Below, piece by piece: positions 53,556-64,000 of a DNA stretch of 64,000 bases. The notes beneath the pieces are model-generated. The model saw only the letters and a list, made by a program, of their open reading frames with translations. It was not told the origin of the DNA and ran no database searches. The position numbers and the translations under genes were made by a program. The DNA is from Octopus vulgaris (lineage: Eukaryota). Location: assembly GCA_951406725.2 (NCBI GenBank), contig OX597815.1, positions 117,862,001-117,926,000 of the forward strand, in the 5' to 3' direction. Numbering within the stretch: the stretch's first letter is position 1; the number at the start of each line of letters is the position of its first letter.

Positions 53556-54574
53556 TCCCGTATGCTACAGAAGATATCTGCAGCCAATACATAAAGTTAA
53601 CGTTTGGTGCATACATAACCATTTCTTTCACTAAACGGTTCCATAATTTACCACGTAAATATTTTGTCCCGTACAAGTGAATTGAATAAACATGATATTA
53701 AATCAATGGCTTTCAGGTCAAGAGCTATATTCTGCTGCAGGGATTTTTCTTTTTCTGAAAATTCCAGGCACCACATTCATTGAACTAAAAAAAATGAAAT
53801 GGAAAATCGTGTGCAATAAACCAACTTCGGGGTACTAGACTTAATCCATTTCACTGTTTGACATCGCCACCTGGTCCATGGGTACTCGAGAAAGCTGCGT
53901 GACAGAACCCACTTTCGGATAGTATTTTCACTGTGTATTTGATGTCATAAAAATCACCACTTATTCCCCCCTCCCAACCTAAAAAAAAAAACATCTTTAA
54001 ACAATCAACTCGGTTCATATTTGTGAACTTGTGTCTATTGTTACATGTTTAATGCGCTAAAGAAATTTCTTCATGAATATGCGCTGCTAAAATTGGGATC
54101 GTCTGATATGTCCGTGGGTATTTTATAACATCAATTACAGTAATTATTTATGTTATGTAAACGGAAAAGGTTAATCAAAGGTTATTCAAACGCCTCCTGA
54201 GAAGTTTGTTTTCCAACACGTTTTTAATGACTTATTCAGAGGAGTGCCCATGACATTTTAAAGGGACTCGGACCAGTGGAAGGAAGGAAGAAGTTATCCT
54301 TGAGAAAAAACATCCTCCCTTCCTTCTGCAAGCCTTCCATCAAAGACTTGCCCTGAATGTTTGCACCAAAGTGGACTCTGCCAAAGACAGCTAAGGACCA
54401 ATTAACATTGTTAAACCGGGTGAGGGATGATCAATGATTCGAACGAAGATGTTGATATTTTGAGATTGTTTGTGGGGAAATTATGTATGTATGGCGAAAA
54501 TATTAAAATTGTGATGGACACTTTATGCATGTATATTCCCAATATGTTAAATTACTCTTATGCATGGCATAATA

Positions 54575-55365
54575 ATCTTTTTGTACTATAGGCATAAGGT
54601 CGCATATTTTGTGAGAGGCTAGTCGATTATCTCGACCCCAGTACTCAACTGGTACTTACTTTATCAACCCTGAACAGATGAAAGGTAAAGTAGACTTCGG
54701 TGGCACTTGAACTCAGAACGTAAAAGTAGAATAAATGCTGCCAAGCATTTTGTTCGGCGTGTTAACGATTCTGCCAACTCGTGGCTTTAAAAAATTGATC
54801 TCTGGCGAGATTGAACTGGAACTTATAGGGCTGTAACTAAATTCAGCAAAACATTTTGTTTGATGATCTAATGATTCTACCAATCGACTGTCCTTAAGCA
54901 TGGCATATTAATCTTTACTACTAATATGTACAAGGCCTGAAATTTGAAGAGAGGGGGCTAGTTGATTATATCACCTCCAGTGCTCGATTGATATTTATTT
55001 TGTCGACCCCGAAAGGATGAAAGGCAAAGTAGACCTTGGCGGAATTTGAACTCTGAACGTAAAGACGAGCGAAATGTCGCTAAGCATTTTGCCCGGCGTG
55101 CTAACGATTCTGGCAGCTTGCTACCTTTAAACATGGCATAATAATGCTTTCAAAGTTTGACATATGGCTAGCAATTGTAGTGGAGGGTGCAAGTCGATTA
55201 CGTCACCCCAAGTGCTCAACTGGTACGAATTTTATCGACCCCGATAGGGTGAAAGGGGAAGTCAGCCATGGCAGAATTTGAACTCAGAACGTAAAAAAAA
55301 AAACGGACTAAATGTCGCTAAGCATGTTACTCGACGTGCGAACGATTCAGCCAGCTCACTGCCTT
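54575..55365 (-). mobile_element. Head-to-tail cluster of SINE family B copies (3 full plus a fragment)
   Basis: Core TTGAACTC(A/T)GAACGTAAA at about 54707, 55047 and 55278; spacer CATGGCATAATAAT-like repeated between units. Confidence 0.9.
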
Positions 55366-55663
55366 AACATGACATAATAATGTCGACAAATATGCGTTAT
55401 GTAAGAAACACATGTTCTACGGAGATGTTGAAATTACTGAATCAGTTACGTTGTTGCTTAAATCAATGTTCCATTTGACGGTTGGCAAATATTTACTGAC
55501 ACAAATTTGATAATTACATCCATTGTTGTTATCTTTAACAATGTTTTTTTTATATATGCATGTAGAAAATGCTACTCGAAGCATTCTGTTTTAGAAACTG
55601 ATTTAGTTAACGAAAATATTGACATTGCAAGATATCTATTGATGTAATATTTACTTGTACAAC

Positions 55664-56358
55664 CAGTGGCGGCTCGTAGATAAAATTAGTGGGGGTGCTG
55701 CTTCTGAAAAGTTTTAGCCGTTGTTTTGATATTTTGTGAAAGGAAACATACATATAAAAAGAAAACTTACTCATAAACTTGATCGGTTCGCCTTTTAGCC
55801 ACTGCCGGGTAAAATGCTTAGTTTGTTCACTGAACACTGCCCCGAATTACGCCTTGTTTTTCAAAAATCCCTCTTAAATCAGAAAATAATGTGGGGGAAT
55901 GTGCCCTATTTTTCAAATCCTGGCTGTAACACTGAAGCTGGAAGCAGGATAATAATCTAATCTTGCACTTTATCACATTCAAGAATATAAGCACGTTTTA
56001 AGCACAACACACGCGGAGTCAAAAAGAAACACTACCTTTCACCCGGCACTGTTGTTCACGTAACGCTTTCTCTCCCTAGTGTGAAGCTTCCTATCTCGGA
56101 CATATGAGCATGCGTACAACAGTCAAACACCGCGTCGCTGGAACTGTGAAGCGCACAGTTTTATACAAGGATTTTTGTATTTTTTTCATAAACTAGGGTA
56201 TGGCTACTGACATTAAGCTTAAGGATTATATAATGTACAAATATAAAGAAAGAATTAAAGGAAAAAAAAGGACTCATTATATTGAATGTTATCAATAATA
56301 TCGAGTGGAAATAGCGGGGTGCTGCAGTTCCGTAGTTCCTATACACGAACCGAAACTG
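55664..56358. mobile_element. Possible degenerate hAT-like MITE
   Basis: Imperfect termini CAGTGGCGGCTCGTAGAT / CAGTTTCGGTTCGTGTAT (5 mismatches in 18) and subterminal GGGGTGCTGC at both ends; no clean 8-bp TSD. Confidence 0.45.
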
Positions 56359-56500
56359 GACAACAGTATGATATTGACAGAAGAGCCACTATATAAGTGT
56401 AAACTTGCGTTGTCTAAAGAAAATTTATGAAACCTGAACTAACAATCTACTGAAATACAGATAAGGCGGAAATGAGACACAGAGAAGTGTGTGTGTGCGT

Positions 56501-56551
<51 letters not shown>

Positions 56552-56558
56552 GTGTACG

Positions 56559-56590
<32 letters not shown>

Positions 56591-56984
56591 TACGTGCGTG
56601 CGTGCGTGCGTGTGTTTGTGTGCTTGTGTGTGACGATGAAGTGAAAGAGTTATAAGAAGATCGAACAGAATGGCATTTGATACTGTTTCCAATTGTCTCC
56701 GCTCTGAATTCAAATTCTGCCGAGATTAACTTTACATTCATCCCTTCAGGGACGATAAATAACGTTGCATTTGAATATTCTCTCTGCTTCTCTTTCAATC
56801 CCTATCTCTCACTACTTTTTTTCTGGAAGAAATCGACTGTATTTCAGGGTTCTGCCATTTATACAACTTCAAAGACATGCTGTATGTTGCAACGGTACTT
56901 CTATGTGAGGATTTAAGGTAAAGTAGAACAAGACAATAACAGAGCGGATAATCAGTAAAAAAAAAAAAAAATTTTATAAAATAA

Positions 56985-58440
56985 CTAGCAGTATCGCCCG
57001 GCGTTGCTCGGGTTTGTTTCGACCCGCTGGAATTGTAATTTTGAAAAGTAAAAATTTTGTGAACATTTTTCTGGTCGAAATACACCGAAAAGTGGCGACA
57101 CAGCAGTGAAAAAATCGTAAAAAATAGGGATTTTCATAGAAAAAAGCATCTTTTTGATGTAAATAATTTTTGGTGTTAACATGGTCCGATTTGAATTTTA
57201 TGTTCTACGGAAGGAAGAGCAACCCTTCTTCTACCATACTCTCAATTTTGGTCAACTTGCGCCGCAGGGTCTCGGAGGAGATAGTGTTAGTTGAAGGTTA
57301 CCATTCTAGGTGCCTGAGTAACAACCTCGCGGATTTACAGATAAATGAATTAATTACTATTTTACAGAATAAAATTAAATAATTCTTGAAAATTAATTAA
57401 TATTAATATTTTTTGAACAAAGTAAATAATTTTTAAAACTTAAATAATAATTTTTTTTACACAAACGCGAACGGGGAAAATTTGGGTGGCGAATTCGATT
57501 TACATACCTCAATTTTTTCTTTTTCATGACATCGTAGCAAAATAGTAGTGAATTATATAAATACCAGCAGTACATTTTTTTTTCTGGGGTATTTTTTTTC
57601 AACTCGTCACATATTTGCCCCTTTCAATTTAAGCAAAGTCTTAATTAAGCAATTACGGCAGCTTAGCAATGGTTTCAATACAGGCGTGACATCTGTATCT
57701 CAATTGTTCAAAACCCTTCGAATTTTTTCGCACGTGATGATATCATAGTGAAAACTTTCAATTACGCGCGCTTATATCTGTCTTTCACTCTGTCTGTCTC
57801 TTTACACACACTAACAAAAGCACTTCACTTACACACCACACTTTCTGTGTCGCACAACCCATCAAACACACACACACACACACACACAATCACGCACGCA
57901 CACATGTACATCAATGCTTTCGGAGTGAAATGTTAAAATATTGAGTTTTCTCGAATTTTGTCTTAATTGGGGGTGAAATTGAAAGAAATATATTATGGCA
58001 TGACCGAAAAGAGTACTTTGAAAAATCTTAGGTAAACTCTAATTGAAGAAATTGTGTGAGGAGTAAATCGTTATGTATTTATTTGTTTCTGTTTGCTGTG
58101 TTTTTTTATTTTTTGAGTAGTGGTTTAAATACTTTCAGTTTAGTCTTCCTCAAATCACTCTGTCGCTATTTACTTTCATTTTATTCGTTGCACACTGTGT
58201 GTGTGCGTGTGCGTGTGGTGTAAACCACATTAAGAAGAGCATTTGACATACACACCAGAATGTGAGTTTTCTGTAAATTTTGCTTAATTGGAGTTTAAAT
58301 TTTAAAAACTGGACCTGGCATGACCCGATGCATTCTACTCTTAAAAATGCTAGGTAAATTGCAATTGAAGAAATCCTATATTGTAGATTTCTATAACTTC
58401 CAAAGGGAGGCAGATAAAATCTGCCTTTTATAATAAGAGA
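56985..58440 (-). mobile_element. Complete non-autonomous Helitron
   Basis: Minus strand starts TCTCTTATTATAAAAG and ends with hairpin CCCGAGCAACGCCGGG followed by CGATACTGCTAG; inserted between A and T with no TSD. Confidence 0.85.
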
Positions 58441-59589
58441 TATCCCGTAACACACTGAGATGTAAGAACATTACATAAATTTTTTTTTCCGAATATAATT
58501 TCTAGGACATGAAGGAATTTGAGTTAAAAACTAGGAACTAATAATTCTTTCGTAAATCATACATTCCACATAGCTTATAACTCTACACTCACATGAGATC
58601 TGCAACAGCTAAATTAGCGGAACCGTTGGACGTAAATTTTCTTTTTCTTTTTACCAGAGACAAAATAAAATGTCATAATTGATATTGCTGTCTCTTCATC
58701 TAGTATGTTGAGTTTCTCTTATCCATAGACTTGCTTGATGACCTCTGCAAACCTGTGGGTACGCGCGCGCGTGTGGTAAGCGTCCATGAGTAATATTTCA
58801 TCATAATTATAATTTAAAAGAAATTAGAACTTAAAAATGATCTCTTTAAGCAAATATTAGTATCTGGTGTAATAAAATTCAAACAATTAGTAAGATTTTT
58901 GAATTTTCAATAAAAGCAATGAATAACAGTTGTAAAAATACTTATCGAACTTTGAACTTTGTCCATTGTGAAACATAAGCCCTACTTTAGAATCTGTTTC
59001 AAAACGTAACTATTCTTTACATGATCAAAGTTCTATACGCTATTTTTGCTCCGATAATTATGTCAGGATTTAGTTTGGAGGAATTCCGAGAAATTTTACC
59101 ACATTTAAGTAGACATGCAAATTATTTTGACTGAGTTTGTCTTTTTAAAATAATTTTCTGTCACTGGAATATATCCTATGGCTGAAATAATTATATGTAG
59201 ATGTTAACTTTAGGAATAACAATAATTTTATCGAGATGGTTCAGAATAAAACAAGAAACATTCAATGAAAAAAATTAGAAAAAATATTTCGTTGCAATTC
59301 CATACTACGTAAAATGAAAGGATATGGAGTTTAAATAAATATAACTTTTCCAACCTACCATAATGAACTTCGCTCTATGTGTACGTGCGTGTTTGTAAGC
59401 ATGTGTACTCACACACATGCACACACACACATACATACAAACATACATACATACATACATACATACATACATACATACATACATACATACATACATACAT
59501 ACATACATACATACATACATACATACATACGTATGTATATGCATACATACATGCTTACATAATACATACATACGTGACCACTAAAGCTT

Positions 59590-59740
59590 TTTTTTATTCT
59601 GTCTCTGTTTATTTTCTCGTATTCTTTTCTGTTGAAGAGCGTAGGCTCGAAACGTAAAAGACTTTCTCACCTTCCCGAGCGTTAAACTAATACACCTATC
59701 TTCGTCTTCGTCTTTTGTTTCTTTTGCAAATTTCAACTAC
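59590..59740 (+). mobile_element. Family P repeat
   Basis: TTGAAGAGCGTAGGCTCGAAACGTAAAAGAC...; flanked by (TACA)n. Confidence 0.6.
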
Positions 59741-59757
59741 ATACATACATACATACA

Positions 59758-59789
<32 letters not shown>

Positions 59790-59860
59790 CAGTAATGACT
59801 CAATATACGAGCAAATTTGTTCCCGGACACCACTCGTAAAGCAGAGCAATAATTTCCCAT
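59790..59860 (+). mobile_element. Possible Tigger/pogo-like terminal fragment
   Basis: TA followed by CAGTAATGACTCAATATACGAG...CTCGTA; no partner TIR found. Confidence 0.35.
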
Positions 59861-60630
59861 AGTAACAATGTTATAAATCGTAGTTTGTTCCCATAAACAA
59901 TATATTACTTATAAAATTTACAATACTCATAAACAAATGGCAATAAAACAACAGTAGAATGTAAAGAATATTTTATTTAAAGCAAAAAAAAAAATGTCAA
60001 GATCATTTATAGTAAAAAATATTATTATCATTATTATTATAATCGTTTTCTGAATCACTTTCACTCGCACTGGACTCACGTACATCATCACTTATAGTAT
60101 CCAATATATCTCTCTTGAGCAGGTCATAAATCTTGAGACCAATACAGCCAAATTCGTGTTATTGAATATGAATTAGCAATATAGATCAATCATTAAAACA
60201 TATAAAACATGACTGATAATTTATAGCTTTATTAGAATGATTAGAATATTTTAGTCATTGGTTTTCGAGATTATCTGCAGATTAACTAATGATTAAGTTA
60301 AATTGATTATTAAAATGATACTAAGAACCTATATCGTTGTTCTATATTTTCATGTTAGTAGTCTTCGTATTCCTTTTTTGTACCCAACAAGAATGGATAT
60401 TAGACTTTAGACAAAGTCTAAAGACAACAAGATTTTAGACAAAGGCAACGCATTTTAAAAAAAACGATAAAATATTTCAGACAACGAAACAAGAAGAATA
60501 AAGTAATAGGTTTGTTTGACCCAAAGTCAATCCATACAAACCTATGATCGAAGACGTTCCAGCTGATATCAATTTGTCTTTTTATATGCTCAGGCCTATA
60601 TTGTCCAAAGTATAAAACAGTAGGGGTATA

Positions 60631-61135
60631 ATTTACTTACTTGTACTTTTGACGGCGTTCACCTAGGGCGGGTTGAGTCGGCTTCTTTTCTGGTCCTGGC
60701 GGCATCACGAACCATGGCGACCCACGTTCGACGGTCCTGTGCGAGGTCACTGAGATAGTGAGCCATTCGCGGTTCCATCTGCGCAGACCGACCACCTGCG
60801 GACCTGGCAAGTTTGTAGTGGGTAGATAGTTCGTATTCGTATTTATTGCCATGGTAGTAGTAGGATTCATAGAAGAAGTTTCGTGGGAATATTGAATTCA
60901 CAAGCGGTCCCCGACATCCCGCATGCATATCCCTAGTGACGGGATGGCCTATTTGCCGCGGAGTCTCCACAGATGCAGGGACAGAGCGACCTCGAAGCCG
61001 CCGGTTACCGATCAGACGCCTCTTGGAATTTTCACCAGAGCCCCGTTGGCCAGGCTGCGGCCCTAATACCACTTGGTGCCAGACCAATCCGCCTTGGGTG
61101 GCCCAACTAGGAACCGAAGTTCCCGACAGCATAGC
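60631..61135 (-). mobile_element. RTE-derived deleted or non-autonomous element
   Basis: GC-rich island. The minus strand encodes LSDLAQDRRTWVAMV...STRPR* (RTE AxDRxxW motif) followed by a short (GTAA)n tail; no RT core. Confidence 0.7.
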
Positions 61136-62020
61136 TCTGACACTGCCCGTTTACGCCACACTACTACTTTGAGGAGGGGTTGGACTTTAGGTTAGTGGGT
61201 ATAATTTGAAGGAGACTTGGTTGCTGTATCTCGTAAATCGAGCTACCACGTAGAGAATCTCCTTTGTTGACTCAACCAAAGCAATAATAGAACATTAACG
61301 CAACTTAAAGGATGGCATTTCGACTCTATAAGCATAAAAAGCTATTTCAGTAAAAACTTGCATTCTTAAAAAATCGAAACCGCCCTGAACGATTCGAGTA
61401 TACTTAGAATGATGAACCAGAAAATATGTTTTTACCTGTGTTTTAGCTTTCCATTAAGTGGACTGTTTACTTTAGAACAAACAGATTTTGGCAAAGAAAA
61501 TAATCCACAATGTACAGAGATGTTTCTTAACTATGTATATAAATTGCTGAATATAATTGTCTGTAAGAAGAATATATTTTCCAGTTCCATGCAAACGTCA
61601 TCATTGTGACTAAGTCTATAGAATTAGATTCAGTCACAATGAAGTTTGTATGAAACGATGAAGTTCCTATAAGGAAAGATACAAAAAAAAAATACAAAAA
61701 GAAATAAAAAAAACAAGGATGTGCTGTCAAAGAAAGCAGACAGTTGCATTGAACCCGGATATAGTTATAAATAGAAATAATTAATTAGAAGTAAAATATT
61801 TATTTTATATAATTACTTCATAAAAAGGTTTTCCAGTGAGTTGTTTCATATGTTGATATATGTAGTCAGGTAGTGGGGAGCACTGCGAAATATACGTGCC
61901 TAAAACTATTATTACTTTGTTTCATACAAGTCTCTATGTGATGACTGAAATATATAGAAATAAGAAAGAAAGTAATAACTGAAGAAGTGCCGACTGAGTA
62001 GGAAAAGTAAGCAGTAATTA

Positions 62021-62327
62021 CAGTAATCCCTCGACTATCGCGGGTGTTACGTTCCAAAATCCACCTCGTTAGGTGAAAATCCTCGAAGTAAAAACTGTAC
62101 TCTCTTTACTCTTTTACTTTTTTACTTGTTTCAGTCATTTGACTGCGGCCATGCTGGAGCACCGCCTTTAATCGAGCAACACGACCCCGGGACTTATTCT
62201 TTTGTAAACCCAGTACTTATAATATCGGTCTCTTTTGCCGAACCGCTAAGTAACGGGGACATAAACACACTAGCATCGGTTGTCAAGCAATGTTAGGGGG
62301 ACAAACACAGACACACAAACACACACA

Positions 62328-62382
<55 letters not shown>

Positions 62383-62668
62383 GACGGGCTTTCAGTTTCC
62401 GTCTACCAAATCCACTCACAAGGCTTTGGTCGGCCCAAGGCTATAGTAGAAGAAACTTGCCCAAGGTGCCACGCAGTGGGACTGAACCCGGAACCATGTG
62501 GTTAGTAAACAAGCTACTTACCACACAGCCACACCTGCATATTTTTTTTTTTTAATAATTTGTATATATTTGTTTTATTATAAATGCAAAACAACACCAC
62601 GGAAGAATCGATGTAAGCTTAAATAATAAAACGCATTAGGTAAACCGCGATATGGTGAGGGATTACTT
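62021..62668. mobile_element. Tigger/pogo-like MITE interrupted by a SINE
   Basis: Left end TA-CAGTAATCCCTCGACTATCGCGG; right end reads AAGTAATCCCTCACCATATCGCGG on the minus strand. Confidence 0.65.
62120..62538 (-). mobile_element. SINE family A, full length and little diverged
   Basis: Closely matches 5671-6046. Confidence 0.9.
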
Positions 62669-62842
62669 GAAATATAAAAATATAAACTAAATAGAGGCAC
62701 ACTAAGCAGCGATGATTAAAATAAAGCCGTATACTGTTATATAAGCACTTTTGTCCTTTTTTGTAGAAAAGTTTTCACTGGAGTAACTCTCCTTAAAGAC
62801 AATGTAGTGAAAACACATTGAACTGGGTTATGAATGACATCA

Positions 62843-62899
62843 TCGGATAATAGAACATGTGTTTCTGCGTCATTATGCATCATCAGCTTCAGACACCGA
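62843..62899 (-). ncRNA. Partly decayed minimal type I hammerhead motif
   Basis: Minus strand TCGGTGTCTGAAG-CTGATGA-TGCATAATGACGCA-GAAAC-ACAT-GTT-CTATTATCCGA; core intact, stem I weak. Confidence 0.5.
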
Positions 62900-63214
62900 A
62901 TCTATCATACATAGCCTACCTTCAACTAAAAATAAATTTAGTGTAGTGATGTGTGCAAATCTTGGTCAAGCTGGATCTAAATAATTAGAGGTACACCAAG
63001 CAGTGATTTTTAAAATTAAGCAGCGTAAAGTTATATCTAACCCAATCGTGTACACTCGCACGCTTTAAGAACTTCGCTGCTACGACTGCCTCGCCTGAGG
63101 AGGTTACCGCAGCGAATGCGCGTGAGAGCTCACTGTGCTGGCCTATGAGTAACGTCATCGAATTGTAGGATACATGTTTTTGTACTGGCGCACATTTTCC
63201 GATGTCTTTCAAAC

Positions 63215-63277
<63 letters not shown>

Positions 63278-63281
63278 GTAT

Positions 63282-63334
<53 letters not shown>

Positions 63335-63337
63335 TTA

Positions 63338-63455
63338 AAAAAATGGTAAGACAACAAAAGAATGAAAGTGACCTCGATATTATGTAAATAGAGGAATTTA
63401 TCTGTAAATGTAATATGTGACAATTATTCGGTGGCCATGATAAAACTCCGAGTTT
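63338..63455. mobile_element. Second, truncated copy of the 47461-47712 element
   Basis: ATGGTAAGACAACAAAA...ATGTGACAATTATTCGG...ACTCCGAGTTT matches the reverse complement of about 47595-47710 and stops within the hammerhead core. Confidence 0.8.
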
Positions 63456-63522
63456 GTGTGTATGTATATATATATATATATATATATATGATATATATAT
63501 ATATATATATGTGTGTGTGTAT

Positions 63523-63553
<31 letters not shown>

Positions 63554-63555
63554 AT

Positions 63556-63624
<69 letters not shown>

Positions 63625-63627
<3 letters not shown>

Positions 63628-63720
63628 GACGGACTTATTTCAGTTTCCGTCTACCAAATCACAAGGCTTTGGTCGGACCGAGACCATAATAGAAGACACT
63701 TGCTCAAGGTATCACGCTGA
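63625..63720 (-). mobile_element. SINE family A fragment
   Basis: TTTCAGTTTCCGTCTACCAAATC...AGAAGACACTTGCTCAAGGT. Confidence 0.8.
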
Positions 63721-64000
63721 GGTGCGCGCACACATACACACACACACACACACATGCCATAATGAGCAACGTCATAAATTGAGTGTCAGATGAGTTCATC
63801 TCCATAATACATAAAATATTGAAGCTAAAAATTTAACTGTCTCTGTTAAGTGCCATTACAGTATGAAGTAATGTGATCTTTCATTGAGTTAGGGTTGTGA
63901 GATATATTATTTCATATGAATGAATGATAGGATATCTATACATCTATATCGACATACACACGGGCGTGCACATGTATACTCAGTTTTAGCAAAACAACTA

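Overview
AT-rich, microsatellite-dense animal genomic DNA with no recognisable host gene, rRNA or true tRNA. It is most likely intronic or intergenic. The repeat landscape resembles Octopus (inferred from the tRNA-derived SINE families and microsatellite load; not searched). The window holds about 40 copies of at least four tRNA-derived SINE families, 3' fragments of RTE and L1/Tx1-like LINEs, an internally deleted mariner, pogo/Tigger-like and hAT-like MITEs, and a complete 1.46 kb non-autonomous Helitron. Almost all supplied ORFs are translations of simple repeats. The main unexplained signal is a set of sequence-unrelated short elements, mostly embedded in (TA)n tracts, that carry type I hammerhead ribozyme motifs on the minus strand. 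One has a fully canonical core (39778-39861), two are near-canonical (47482-47563, 62843-62899), and several are decayed. This architecture suggests Penelope-like or retrozyme-like non-autonomous retroelements. Repeat boundaries were read by eye and are approximate unless termini are quoted.
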